Positions 11,121-25,146 of a stretch of 64,000 nt of DNA are shown here, one piece after another. The notes beneath the pieces are model-generated. The model was not told where the DNA came from, made no database searches, and was given only the letters and a program-made list of their open reading frames with translations. The position numbers and the translations under genes are program-made. The DNA lies in NCBI RefSeq assembly GCF_964194025.1, contig NC_134468.1, positions 74,834,001 through 74,898,000 of the forward strand, given 5' to 3'. Within the stretch, counting starts at the first letter, position 1. Every line of letters begins with the position of its first letter. Origin of the DNA: Convolutriloba macropyga (taxonomy: Eukaryota).

Positions 11121-14100
11121 ATGACTGTTCCGGAGCTTTCCTTAACCGTCAACTCTCTTTTACCTGGATCGAAACCAGATTATTATTACTCCCAACGCAA
11201 CCAGTCACAACAAGGTCGCCCCAAAACCGGATGGAACTACAAGAAGACTTCAAGTCGTATTTCAAGTCCGGCACCAAAATTGAAACCATCTCAGCCTCCA
11301 GATGAAATTGGGAGTTTCAGTCCAAGAGAATCGAATATTTCGATGGCCTTAGAACAAGTCATGAAGATCAATGTGAAGAACAGTTCTGGGAATAAACATA
11401 TTGAGCTATCAGACGAAGCTAACAAGCTGGTCACAACGCCCCGCGATCCTGTTCAACCATTCAGCAAACAATTAGTTTTTAATGTAAGAACAGAAGATAT
11501 GTCTTGATCCTCAACCATTTTCTGCCACAGCCTCATTTGGTGTGTCTAGCTTTTCTCTCGAGAACAAAAATTTTGTTTTCATTTGAATGTGTGATCAAAA
11601 CAATAACGCGTTGTTCAGAATTACAAATAAAGAATGGGACTAGCAATTAAAAATTTTAAACCAATATGAGAGTGGAAAAAATTGCTTACGTTAGTCCGTC
11701 CTTCCACCTGGATGGGAACAGTAATTGTTTTGTTTCTCATATAGAGAAATATATTGCATTACAGTTTCTTTCAAAGTCTTTTTGTACAGCTAAGAACGCG
11801 AGACAACCTGCGTGGCTCTGAACTGGCAATAGCCCAAGAGTATAGCCAGCCCAAGCGGATGGCTACTCCTCCGTTGCAGAAACTGCAACCATTCTCAGAA
11901 TATCCAGCCTCACAACCAGCTCAGGTTCGACTCATTAAAATACTGTCAACCATTATGTCATATCTATAAACATGTTAATTATGTTGAGATTCGCACACAT
12001 TTTTCATTGCATCAGAAAATCATGTTTCTCCTATGTCATCTGTCAACTGATCTCAGATATCAAAAAGTTCTTAACCTATTTTTTAACTTCAGACACAGAA
12101 ATGACCATATTGCACATTAAATACCACGCAAATGTAAGCCACGAGGGAGCCAAACATATCTGAGGACAAAGTAATATCGGAATGTTCGATCTCAAACCAG
12201 AGCCTTTTATGGTCGCAATATTGCTTTAACGAACATAGCCGGCAGATTGCCGGAAAATAGCCGCGGTAGGCGCTTGTGGCCTTCCACGGAATTGAACCAA
12301 CTAAAGAATAAAGATATACAGATTGACCACCAATGCTTTAATAGACCACTAGATTATAGGGTTAGATTCGGACTGTCATTTTCATGAGCTACATACGTTC
12401 TATACGGAAAAAGACCCAACAGAATTTAAATTTAGTATTCTAGATAAAAAACTCAAGACTCTATACTCAAGAATTAGGGCATTTACGTTCGGCACTACTT
12501 GGATGCACACTATTGATCTTTAACCAGTATATGTTGAAAAAATTTAAAGTTCATTAAGTGAATTCAGAAGTCAATTTTTAGTGAGGTCACCCAATTGATC
12601 TAAAAGCAGAAAAATGACGTCACGTACACAAATGTTAACAGCACAGCAGTAGAAGTCACTAAAATTTAATTCCAAGGCGTCAGGTCGTAAGAGTCATCGA
12701 TGCAGACAACGAATAAAAACATAGCAGGACAAGTCCTGAATACAATCCAAAGAATTCAATGAACAACAAAGAAGTACTCTACATGACCAGCATATCAAGT
12801 GAACAATGCCAGCCAAAACACAATTAAAATCATCTCAAAAAGTTGAGAAACTGAAATAATCAAACAAACTAAACAAAAAAAATACGCATTAACTCTTGAA
12901 GCTTTTATCCCGAAGGCAAAATTTGATCACTTTAAATACACCTATTTCAAAATTATGTTTGAAACCAATTTTTATCTCTTAAATAGGTCCAGTTTTACAT
13001 CTGCAAGACCTGAAAAAAGTTCTTTGATCCTCGAAGATCGATTAACTCAGAAAATGACAGAAAAATTCAACAAAAAATTGAAATCAATGGCAAATTTCAA
13101 TAAAATGTTTCTAAAATTGTTAAGTTGTATCAAAATCTTCACAAACATTTCTGTGAATCTAGAGGACATCCAGTAGTCAATATCCAAGCCTTAAAAATTT
13201 CATTTGCTGAAAGATCGATAAACTAGTCTAAAGACGAAAATTTTCAGAAACTTCAAATTCTATCAAAAAATTAAACTTCGTTCTCTTAAAATTAGGAATA
13301 CAAAACATTGCCCCTAGAAACTATGCCACAACATGCTATCACACCTTGGAGGAGGTGGCCAGGCTACTGAGGCGGAAGCAAACAGAATAAAAACAATTGT
13401 TTTCAAAAAAACTTGAAAAAGCGAATTTTATCAACAAATTTCTAAAATTCGAAAGTTAAATTGTTGGAATTAATTCCATTGACAATAAAATACATGCAAA
13501 AAATTTTTATGAGATCGTGGAATAGTTCTTCTGGCCCTTGAGGTTGGACAAAAAAAATCAAAAATTGCCAAAAAATTTTAGGAAAACTTGAAATTGCAAA
13601 AATTAGTATCATTTTGCGTGTTTGTGTTTGTAGTACCAAAACATATAGCTCATGAAAAGGTCATAACAAGTAATTTTGTCTCACAAAACACCTTCATCAT
13701 TTTTTCAAAAGTTCAACCTAAGACGAATCAAACAAAAAAACTCAAAAATTACAAAAAAAACCGAAAAACTGCACCATTTTGAGCACAAAAACTCCTAAAA
13801 ATTACCTTTTTAACCTTAAATTAAGGCCAGCACAGAAACCGCGCCACTCTAAGCACTTGAGGGAATAATAAAGTCCACTTTTCCAAAGATCAAAGTAATT
13901 GCAGAATGTGTGAAAACATCTTAAAGAACATAGCCGAAAGAGCTCCTGAAGCGACTCGAAGTTGAAATCCACCTAAACGCCATCCTACTACTCATCAGAC
14001 AAAATAATGATCGTCACTAAATCCTCCACTAAATTATGATCTTGAAACAAATCTATAAAACAAAAAAGTAAAAACAAGACAATCCAATCTGTTAAATAAT

Positions 14101-17100
14101 GATAAAAAATCTGATCAAATTTCGTCACGAATTTAGATTCCGAAATAACTATCTCTGCCCACATTAATTCATCAAAACAACTAGTACTTTCTAAAACCAC
14201 TTATGAATTTTTTGTTAAAAATCAAATTCTTAAAGCCAAATCATTAAAAAATAAGCTTTAACAACTTGGACTAAAAAGGTGGATAATGTTAATAATTTTT
14301 TTTAATATTACAAAAGAGCATTAATCCAAAGAAAAGTTCCTTTCAGCCAGTAGGGTATCCAGATGTTCGCAAAACAATAGACAAGTCAAAATAGGCTAAG
14401 AAACTTGTCTAAAAAACAGAAAAAAAGACGAAAAACCTTCACGAAAATTAAGAAGAATAGTTTCAATTTTCGCCATTTTTTGTCATATTTCTCTACATAA
14501 AAATGATTTATATCCGCAAAACTGAAAGCACTTGTTCTCAAAAAAATGCTCAAGTAAAAAGGGCTGATCAATATTAGCCTAAAAAATCAGCAAATTACAT
14601 GAAAAACCTCCGAATTAGCATAAAATTCATATGAATTTCCAGAAACCTTCAAAACACTACCAAAACCAGCCAAAACAAAATTATAACCAAACCTCTTTAA
14701 CCAAAATCTGCTTTAAAATGCTGCACGTGAAAAAAATTTTGCTCGCTTACAGAATTTTTTTTTACACCTCAAATTAAAAAGGATTTTTACAATTTTTTTA
14801 CACCTCAATTTCTCGATCTCTAGAAAGCAGCGATATGAACAAAAACTACTCTCTTTTCGCCCCACTCTTCATTTAGTTCACCAACAAAATCAATCCAAAT
14901 TTTACGTGTTTCACTTCTTGCTTGAAAATTCACTCCAATAAAATTTATTAAAAAAGGACGTCTCCAATACTCGACTTCGATTCGTAAAAAAGGACTTCTC
15001 CGATACTCCTCTTCGAGTCGTAAAAAAAGACAACGCCCCAATACAATTCAAATTCTTTGAATTGTAAAAAAACCACGGTGTGCCCAATAATAGCCGCTAT
15101 CGCTTCGCGGCTATTAAAAACATTCTTTGCACTATATATAACAAGTTGGACGCAGTAGATCATATAAAAAGACATTATTCCCGATCGGAAGCATTGAAGG
15201 GTTGCAATTGGGACTCCAAAATGTCTGTCAAAATCTAACCGAGTAAAAGGCAAAGAATCTTCACCCGTTGACAAACTTCACCAGGCAGCACCTGATGAAA
15301 TCAAATTACAGAGCTAATAATGTCAGTAATAGGAGCAAGCTCCCCATATACCATGCTCCGTCTGCACTTTAGAGTCAGAGCAAAATTAGAGTCAATCTAA
15401 AACACCGGATGGGTAGCACTTGCGAAACGGGATTACTTAACGTTTTTTGGTACCATGTTGACATTTTCCGCAAAATGAACAAACGAAAAGACACAGTACC
15501 CACATATGCCATAAAATACATAAAATGTTGTGCAAAATAATTCCACATGCTCGCCGTCTAACGTCCCTAAAATTAAAAAAACAACAAGTTCAAAACAGAC
15601 TGCTTTTCGAAAGGCATTCGTTCAGTAGTAATAAGGCGCCATATTTGCACTTATCGCAGCCGTTATTTAATTCCTACAATCTGTCGATTACCAATTTGAC
15701 CATGAGCGCGGTAAATGGTTTTAGTGAGGCATATGACAACAAATTGACCCTCAGTTGTAACTGCACAGCTGCTGGGACATTTTAGTGCCCAGACTTTTGA
15801 AAATGTCCAATAGAACACTATAAAAAAGAAGACCATCATTCTGTAGATCTTAGAGGATACATTTGATTTTTATAAAGAAATTTAGAATTTTATCGCAGAT
15901 TGAATAAAAGGAGTTGTTTAAAAATTGGAAGGAAAACCGGGAAAAGAAAAAAATGGGGGAGGGGGGTTGAATAATTGTAATGTAGTTGTGATAAAATTAA
16001 AACTTGATAATAGAACATCACATTCAATAATACCAAAGTGTTTAAAAATAGAAAGTAAATTGTTCTACATGAAGTTTTAAAAAAATCAGGTAATGAAAGA
16101 AAAATGACACTTATTTTCCACTTAACACGGGTTAATTCTCTTCCTCCTTAAATTTTAAATAGATTTTTGCTAGCTCAACAGCTTTCCGATCAGACAGAAG
16201 TGTTGAAAAATGTGGAATTAAAAAGTTGTAGAAAAAAATCATTCAATCTTTTTTCTTTGAATTCTAAAACTCTTCTTTAAAAAACAGCACCTTATACTTA
16301 ACTTCTGTAAATTTATTTAACCGAAACTAATCCAAATGAAAAATGTGATACTACAGATGTACAAGAAAACTTGGTAAATGGTTTTGCTAGCGAATCCAAC
16401 GAAAAAATTTTTTTTTAATTTAAATACAAAATTCATCTTTCTACTCGCATCTTGATCAATCAAGGCTGTGTGCAAACCAGGGTTTCTATATTGAAGACCA
16501 TTTGATTCAACGGAGGCGATATAAGAACATTTTTTCATTTTAGCAAGCAGCACGAAGATCAGAGGATTTTTTATAGGTATAATTTAGTTTTGCCAATTCA
16601 CGTGGGCACTTAAATTGATTTCATTGAAAACTCACAGAAATGGAGTAATAATGGATACTTGAGAACAGAAGAGAAAGAAAAATTTGTGTTTCTACAGGAA
16701 TCATTTCATCGATGTTTTCACTTGGAATAATAGAAACAGGCGACTTTTGCAGAAAATTAGTTTTTGCAAAATACTATCCAAAACAATGTCCGCCTTGGTA
16801 TTTAGGGGCTTTATTTGATTTATACTTGAATTAGTCACGTATAGGAACTTTGTAACAACAGAGAAAACGGAATTAGTGAAACAAAAGACGAACAAAAGTT
16901 ATCTTTCACAACACCAACGTTCTCATCAACTGATGCTTGGTTCACTAATAAACATATATCTTCAATTTTTCCAAACGAAAACATCATACGCCGGCATCCA
17001 CCAGCTGATTGGTCTACCTAAACGGCAGTTTGCTGTTCGCATAACCAACCCAATACGGCAAAAAATAGGTTCTCAATCAAATCAACTATTCAAAATTAAA

Positions 17101-20100
17101 TTTTGCTATTTTATTTTTCATATGCTGTTCATAAGAGCATTTAACTGCATCAGTACACCAAACATATATGACTGCGCCTTTTCGACGTACCATCGCGCTA
17201 GTGAGTTGAAACTAGTGCGCCAGGCGGAGTGGAAACATTAATAAAGAGCGTCTAAAACAGTACTCTATCTATCTCAATATGCATAACTTAACTTATTGCA
17301 AGCGTTAATGTAGCTCTCATACAAACAAAACCATTCATTTGTTTAAAAAATTACGTCCATTAATGGTTTTATCCATAACTCTTATCAATTATTGGGCAAT
17401 TGAAGCAATAACGAATACTGCATCAAAGTTGACATGACAGGCAATACTGCATTGCCGACGTGATCTTTGGTATTAATGAAAAGAAATACTGCTATGTTTA
17501 TGGGTGCAAATACCGAACACATCTCAAAACTAATTGATGTTATTGAAAATACTGGGAACCTTCCAATATTAATAAGGATTCCAATAGATCAATTTGTGGA
17601 ATCATATTCCAAAACTTTAAGACTGAGTTTTCGGATGAAGAGGAGCCAATTGTATCATAACGACAGTAATAAGAGCTATTCTTCAACAGGTAGCGTCACA
17701 ACTGCGCATCCAGCACAAGATGCCAGAGTGGGGCAAGAATTCAACAGGGAGGGACATGGCAGGTACTCAGAACCATTACATGCTCTACTTGAGATCTCTG
17801 AGACACCAACAAGACCACGACAAACAGACACACACTAGGAGGGTCGACAGCAGTATACAACGCATACAGTTAGTACCTTCATATCGTTTGCTTTTTTTCA
17901 TTTTTGATAATAGCCAGTTTATTTTCAACGTGCGAAACGACGGATACATGGGTTCACAATTCTTATGAACTCTAATCTTCATTCGCTTACTTGTGCCAAA
18001 ACCTCAAAAATTTATCAGTTTTACTTAAATTTCTTTAATGAAAGCGTAAGACTTGTGTCTAATTCGGAGCTAGAGGCATTAGAGGGTACATTTGTCAATT
18101 TTTTTTACTTTACTTAGACCACCATAGTGCCCCGCCTCCAGATTTTGTGCACCATGTACCTTTCCACAATTTTAATGCCCACTCAAATTTGCACTCGTTA
18201 TTCAAAGGAAACATTATTCAAAGTCAAATCAGATATTCTGTTTAAACAGGCAAAGCAAACATTCGGCAAGAGTTGGACACTCAACAGCCAGGTCTCTCTC
18301 CAGTGGTCAGAAAAGACCACCCCAAATGTGCACTCTGAATGAGACATGGGATATGAAACACACTCGGAAGCCAACACCCACAGCCTCTAGGGGACCCATG
18401 GACATATCTGATAGAAAGAGTGAGTTCCAAAGGGAACTGCTGTACACAAAACAGAGGAAACAGCAGATGAGTATACGGACATCAGAGACGCCGAGGGAAG
18501 ACGAGGGCATTCTGGATTGGCTCCTTCGATCTGTCACGGCAGTACCACTGGGTATAAAAAATATTGTAGTAGTAATAGTAGTAAAAGACTTGAATTTACC
18601 TTTGAAGAATTTTTCACAGTACTAAAATTATCTTTACAGAAGGAAAAAGCAGTAAAAAACATGATTTAATTTACAAAAATTAAGCTTAATGCATAACTAC
18701 TTTGCACAGTGGCTCGAAAATCTAAGATTTTGTTGAGGAAGAAATCTCCAGTTCTTAGTCAAGCCTCACGGACAGAGCCACGACAGAAACTTTACGAAAT
18801 TATGTCTGTTCGAAAATTCATTTGTATAAGGATCATATGATTCTTGTCAGAGTACGACTATGAATGTGCAATATAATGGTTGATCTAAAAGAGATTAACC
18901 AACAAGCTCAATCATTTCTCATGCGCAAGTCTTTCTTTCTTTAAAGACGTAAATTCTAACGTGGCAAGAAAATCAGATTTGAACGAGCAGACTGCTTATT
19001 TTAGATTCGAAGTACGCTCCTAGGACCACAACCAGACTATTCCAACTGTCAGTGCATGCACTTGAGAAACAACTCACTTCCGCTTCCCAACATGAAACCA
19101 AACTAAGATCCAAATCAGCAATGGCCAAAATGCCAACAGAACATCAATTGTCCAGGAGTGCGGGTGGTTTGTACATAGACCCTCAAATGAGAGCTAAGAC
19201 TGCCGAAGTGAGGAATCGGGTATCTTTTGCTGTTCCACCCAAGAGCGCCGCAAGTTCCAGGGTCAAAAGCAGAAACACAAAAAGTGCTGCAGCAGGAAGG
19301 TAATTGACTAAAATCGAAAGTTTCGCAGACCGAACAAACGGTTCAATTGTATCAACTTCGCAAAAATTTTATGTCGCTTCTATTATTATATATTGTAGGA
19401 CTGTATTTCGGATTATATCTCGACATTAAGGTACATTCGTCAATGTTATAGAGCCCCCCCCCCCCCCCCCCCCCGAAAAAAATGTCTGCATCGCATACCT
19501 TTAACACAATTTGTTCACCCATTCAAATTTTCCCGTGGTTATTCAAAGAAATAGTTTTTACAAAACACATTTTGGTTAAACATTTAGGTTAAACTATATT
19601 TAAACATTTAGGTTAAACTATAATAAATTTATTTATATTGAAACACCAACTTACTTTTTTTTAAAAAAAACAGCAACGCTGCCGTAAAAAGGACCAAGAG
19701 AACTGACCAAAATCGTCTGAAAATTATCAATCAAAATTGCACAGGCTGCCTGTGAACAGTGAGGAGACAACAGAAGAGAGAGTGGAGAGTGCTCGGAGAC
19801 TATGGAGTGCACACCACCAGCAGATATACGACAGAAAGGGAGACCACTCTGTAGCACAGGTACATTATTACAACTCTCTTCTTTTGAATGTATTTTCCAC
19901 TGAAGATAAAATAACTAATCCTGCCACAGCTTCTTAAAAGCCACTTAGAGTAGAGAGTACAACCGCCATATTACCCGGAAAAATTGAGATGCAGCAATTT
20001 GTGAGTTCGTGTTTTCAAAAGTAAAATAATTTTTTCAACGATTCGTCTTAACCCGTATACCAACATATAGGAGTGCCAATATAGATACTGAATTACTGAA

Positions 20101-22766
20101 TTTTAGAAAATATTTTGAAAACAATTAATATCAGAACTATTTCGCAGACACTGTATATGGCTAACAGAACAGCAGCATCATAATACAGATGCAAACGATG
20201 ATATCCGAAAAAAATGTTTCATTATTATTAGCTGATCTCTCAAATTAGAAGAAATTGCATCAGGAAAAAGCTGTGTTCAAAAAACGTCTCCAAAAACCAA
20301 TAATCAAAATGGCAGATCATCTTTTGTCCTCTCATTGATTAAGCCAACGTCTTAATGCGAATGAGAAATAACAATACTAATAGAAATAACAGCATGAAAA
20401 CATGCGATCTTCCAGTTGAGAATTTGCATAAAAGAATTAACGAAAGCTGATGTGAAGGGAGCGTGAGCAAAACAGTCGTAACAAAAATTTTGATGAAAAA
20501 AGGACCATTGCCAGAAAATAGCGTCGATAGCTTTGTAGATATGAATTTTCGGGAATATCATAAAACAGATTAATTTTGATCAAGAATCATTATAACCTAT
20601 AGCTGATTCTATTAGCTGCTCTCAAACAATCTTCAATTAGAAGGGCACACACAGTGAATCTCATCTCCTTTAATAAGTAGAGAAAAATCCATTTGAAAGT
20701 GAGGAAACTCATTTTTGAGAGTGAACTGAGTCGCAGGTGAAAAAATTCAATGAATCCAATGAAAAAAAGTCGCTCCGTCTCTTTTTTGTCAAACTATATG
20801 ATTGGTTTAAATTCTATTCACTGAAGATGCGACTCAGTTTTTATTACCCGTCAGATTAGTTGTACATCTCTTCTTTCAATGAAATTAGTAAGAACTAATT
20901 TTAACACTGCTCAGCCAAGGCATCTAAAACCTCAACCCTTAAGAGTTACAAATGCTAATTGATTTACAAAAAAGTGAGGTAAAAACTATTGCCATTAGCT
21001 TTTCCAGGATGGTCAAACGGTTGCAAGAAATTCTCACGAAAATATAGCAAAATAACTCATAGGCTGTCGCAAACTCAAAACCTCTCTGCAATGATTAAAA
21101 AACTAAATAAACAACAATTATGTAACAATTCAAATAATGAAAATTAAAATTCAGACAAATTTTTCTTCGAACACTGATTGACAGGTTTTCCTCTTGATAA
21201 AAAAATACGTCTTCAAAGAATTTCACAATTTAAGAATTTAACAATTTAAGAATTCAACAACAGAGCAGGTCTTCAAGAAACCAACACATGCGACATTTTC
21301 TACTGACTTCCAGGGCGTATCTTTTATCAATTGCATTAATTTATTATCAATATTTGCAGGAGGTTTCTTACAACAGATAAAAACTGTGTTATCATTGCTA
21401 CATCGCACACCAAAACGCCGTGTTGCCCAGGCTTTTTGTGACTTTTCCAACAGAAAAAAATTCGCACAAATATAATTATAGAAGACTAGAGTCTGATTCG
21501 TGATCAAAATGAGTCCCGACAAATGAGTGAAAAAGATTTTCTGTCACTTCTTTAGCAAAAACTGACTGCAAGTTGAAAATTTTTGTAGCTGTACAGTTAA
21601 TCAAAACCCCATACTCTAAACCTGGTTGAACATGAGTCTTCTCGGTAAAAAAAAGTTATAATTTTTCAGAAAGTAGCAAAAAAGCATGAACTAGGTTGTG
21701 TTAACTAGTATGAACTAGTCAATTTATTAAGCTTATTTACACTTGCCTTACTCTGAAAGCTTTCCTTGCTCTCAATTCAAAATGCGTAAATTTGATTTTT
21801 TTCAAATCTAACAGAGCCCTTTAATCAGCGTAGAGCGTCACGGAGATTCGCAGAGGGAGGTCAGAGAGTAGTTTCGGTGAGATCGTTGAAGCTGAAGGTT
21901 TACAGCTGTTCAATAAAATTGCATTTACCAATACCTAAGCATAATCCGTCTAAAGTCAGACAAATTGCTCTCAAACGACAGGCGGGGCTATTTAATTTAG
22001 AGGGCGAGGTAGCCTAAATTATTTTTTATGACCAAGGAGGGGTTCGAACCCCCATCCTCTGCCGTAAGAGACTGAAGCTTTAACCACTGAGTTATTACTC
22101 CCTTTCCTTTTCTTATCTTAAAATTAATTTTGTTTTAAAGACAGACTTTATCTCTGAGGACCAAGCTAGGTCACGCCAAAATTAAGCATTCAAACGAAAA
22201 AATTCCCACTCGAGAAGTGAAATTGAAAACAAAACGGCAGAGCAAAAATTTTGCAAAAAATTAGAGACTTTTACAATAATTGCCTCAAATTTCGTTCGAG
22301 AGCAATTGATAATTCTAATACATCTTCCTGTCAGCCGTTAAACATTATTCAGCTGATAATAACCAGGCTTGCCGTGAAAGTTCTGCACAGTTGTGCGTAC
22401 TAAACTTTATATTACCGCAAAATTTTTGAAGACGATTGAAATCGAGATGTTACAGAGCAAAGCGGTGAAGTTATTTTTCATGTATATTCTTCATAGGTCA
22501 CTGATCTTGAACTCGACTTTGGAAAGGAAGTCGTGGATCAGTACTTGCCCACAGACTACAATACGCATGTGAAGGGCAGCACTCAAGATATGCTGGAACA
22601 CGAAGTCGCCATTAACCTCGATGACGACCTTGAGGACACTATGGCTGGAGTTACAATAAACGAAGACGCTGAAAACTCAATGACAGTATCTAATAACTGT
22701 TACAATGACCTCACAACAGATCAGGATGATAAGCCCGCAAATCTATCTTCTATCACCGTTTCTTAA
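11121..22766 (+). CDS. Uncharacterised multi-exon protein, about 565 aa. Exons 11121-11483, 11790-11924, 17690-17868, 18250-18551, 19005-19299, 19745-19859, 21815-21859, 22497-22766
   Basis: GT-AG introns with matching phases (0,0,2,1,2,0,0) join GC-richer blocks into one open frame from ATG 11121 to TAA 22766. No domain recognised. The 21815-21859 exon is the least certain. Confidence 0.7.
12232..15120 (-). mobile_element. Non-autonomous Helentron/HINE-like element, copy A (about 2.9 kb)
   Basis: Stem-loop ccggca-gat-tgccgg at 12239-12253 and subTIR aatagccgcg at 12256-12265. Other end has hairpin aatagccgc-tatcgcttc-gcggctatt at 15089-15115, then an A-run. Subterminal 36-39 bp repeats at about 14960-15075. 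Confidence 0.7.
20560..20790 (-). repeat. Internal fragment of the HINE-like family
   Basis: Shares the tattagctgctctcaaa...gaaagtgaggaa block with 25295-25440 and 51075-51200. Confidence 0.55.
22029..22101 (-). repeat. tRNA-derived sequence (SINE head or tRNA pseudogene)
   Basis: The minus strand has an A-box-like taactcagtggttaaag and a B-box ggttcgaaccc. It does not fold into a clean cloverleaf. Confidence 0.5.
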
Positions 22767-23061
22767 AATGTTCGACTCTCTTGATCGCAATCGAATACAT
22801 CTTCTTTCGCTCTTTTATAGATAAGTATCTCTGCTCAAAATTTTATTTTTGTCGCCTGTAAATATCAAAATTTAAGTTAATCAATCAAAGAAGTCATTTT
22901 CAACAGATAGACAACAAGATAGCAATTCGAGCTCTCAGATCCGTTCAAGATCCACTTCTGCTCCTCCAATGACCCAACATGACTCAGGACAGACAAACCT
23001 CATATTCAAGCGGCGCTCCAATCCACGTCATAACCTGGTTCTTGTAACAGACTGAAAACTT

Positions 23062-24785
23062 TTATGTTAATTTTGTTCCTCGCTTAGCGTTCACATTAAT
23101 ACCAGTAGTTTCACCACCGTAGTTTACAGATGCATCTCGCATGGGTCTAACTTGTCCTCGTCTCTTCAAATGGGCAACCAATGACTTCTTTCTGTTCTTG
23201 GTTCGCGGATTCTTGTCTTTCCTCGCCATTAAGTTTTTGACCTCCACGACTGACTTATTAATTCGGATCGGTTTCGAAACTTTTCGTTTGGACACACCGT
23301 CTTTCTCGACAAGAAGCTTAGTTTCCTCGTTCCTTTTACGCTCAATTGCTTTATCTCGTTCTTTTTCCTGCGCTTTTCGACGTGCTTCAATCTCATTTTT
23401 GGCTACTGTTTTCTTGCTTTCCTGGTACATCTTTAGCTTCTCATACAAATCAAACGCATCTTCTTCGTAATTTTCAACCTGTTCATTATTTCTCACTTGA
23501 TTAACAGACGCATTCTTGGATATGTTTAAGTTTCCTTTCTCTAGCTTCTTTAACTTACTTATGTAGCGTCTAAAATCGAGTAATTTTTCCATTACAGGGT
23601 GATTTTCTGTTGACTCTTTGTTCATTTTGAGCATGAAGTAAACAGACAAGCACATTAAATAATGTGTGTAAACTGTAAACTTCAGTTGAGCAATTTTTTG
23701 TTTTTCTGTCAGATTATCTGGCTTAGATGGGTTAATTTTGCCAATTTTCGGTTTGACCTCGGAGAGCAATTCTTCATTAATCAAATTATATTCGTCAATC
23801 ATGTGTTCTAACTCAGGATGTCTTAACTTCAAATTTGATATTTTCTCTTCTTTTGTGACGAGTGAAGGCTGGACTTTAACTGATGCATAGCCGTCAAATA
23901 AAACTTCTTTGGAACCATCGTTTTGGCCGACAAACAGATCCAGTTGAAAATCGTCTTCTCCCAGCTGATTGACCAAGTCACGTTTGTGCATCATAGCAGC
24001 TTCCTCTTCCTCGTCCTCCAAAGCATCCGCTTCCTCTCTCGTTTTCTTCTTCTGGCGCTGGTAATCGGATCCGTAAAATGCGGTCGACTTGTTTCCCCAA
24101 GACTTAGATGCTCGCAGAGTCTGAGGACCGTCTTCATCATCAGAGAACCTGCGCTGGTCCTCAAGATCTGAGGCCATACTGTCGAAGTCCTCATCATCCG
24201 CAGATCCCAAGTCTCTTCTTTCGTCTTTGAGCACCTCGGACTCATCATGATCGCCGGCTTCACTATAATCGGAGTAATCCTCGTCCCCTTCTTGATCATC
24301 AATAATGTCTTCGTCATCATCACCTTCATCAAATTCGTCATCTGAGTCGATTCCATCAAGTCCATAGACTTCTTCTTCGTCACTGTAACAAAAAAATAAG
24401 TCTGTAACCTGTGAATCGATGTCTAACCTTTAAGTCTTATAAGCTTTATTTTGATTGCACGACTAACATAATTGTTCCGCCTCATCTAAATTTCTCTCGA
24501 AATATGTTGAATTCTATTTTTAAAAGCTAACTATAAAACTTCCTTGGTCAAAACCAGCTAACCATTGATTCAATGTTACCTTTCAAAATCTTCCTCATGG
24601 CCTCTTCTGCCTTCGAAGAAGATTTGGTCTTTGTCCAGATCGAAGTTGTCGACCTCATCCTCGGCGACGCCATCGAATTCATCTCGCAATTTTGGATCAT
24701 CTTTTACTAATAAACCCTGCTCACGCTTTTGTTTTAAAATTCGGTTCCTCTTTCTGTTTTCGCTACGTACTTTGCGCTTGCCCAT
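23062..24785 (-). CDS. UTP3: SAS10/UTP3 small-subunit processome component, about 508 aa. Exons 24580-24785 and 23062-24382
   Basis: Acidic N-terminus, WGNKSTAFYGSD, HPELEHMIDEY, HPVMEKLL (Sas10/Utp3/C1D region) and C-terminal KNPRTKNRKK...NYGGETTGI. Phase-2 GT-AG intron at 24383-24579. Confidence 0.93.
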
Positions 24786-24994
24786 TATACCTGAAAATTT
24801 AAAGTACTTATGAAGGTTTTAAATAAATATCGGAAGTTATTAATAGATTTTTAGGCGCTTCACGAGCTCCCACGTACACAAAACAAAAACCGACTAACGT
24901 TGGACAAATTGCGCTCTCCTGCAAATTATTTCAGGGGCTGTAGCCCAGATAAGTTTTTCTTTATGGGATGTATTTCTTCAAAAAAAAAAACAGA

Positions 24995-25078
24995 CTAATG
25001 TCGGGTTCGAACCCCGACCTCCTGAGTCCGATTTTATCACCTCGACAGAAGGATGAAACACTAGGGCCTCGTCACTCT
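24995..25078 (-). repeat. tRNA-derived (B-box) SINE-like fragment
   Basis: ggttcgaaccc B-box inside a small hairpin, similar to the one at 22029-22101. The A-box is poor. Confidence 0.35.
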
Positions 25079-25146
25079 AACAAGCGGTTTTGTTGGAACA
25101 ACAAACTTTTTTTCGGGGTGCAAGCAATTGAAATCACCCAACAATC

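Noticed and set aside
12090-12170. Extra exon of the orphan gene
   Set aside because: The candidate acceptors give a stop codon in the required phase 0.
16317-16553. ORF with faint resemblance to the pre-M1/M1 region of Cys-loop receptors (MNFVFKLKKN...)
   Set aside because: No Cys-loop, no conserved M1 proline and no consistent neighbouring exons. T-rich DNA readily gives such hydrophobic ORFs.
22029-22101. Functional tRNA gene
   Set aside because: A and B boxes are present but the acceptor and anticodon stems pair poorly. Kept only as a tRNA-derived repeat.
24383-24579. Intronic snoRNA in UTP3
   Set aside because: No convincing box C/D pair or H/ACA structure is visible.
24786-24880. ttttcag acceptor 5 nt before the UTP3 ATG (and a similar one upstream of NUFIP1) as spliced-leader trans-splice sites
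   Set aside because: Plausible cis donors lie about 90-100 nt upstream (gtacgt near 24877, gttaac at 10007), so ordinary 5'-UTR introns explain them.
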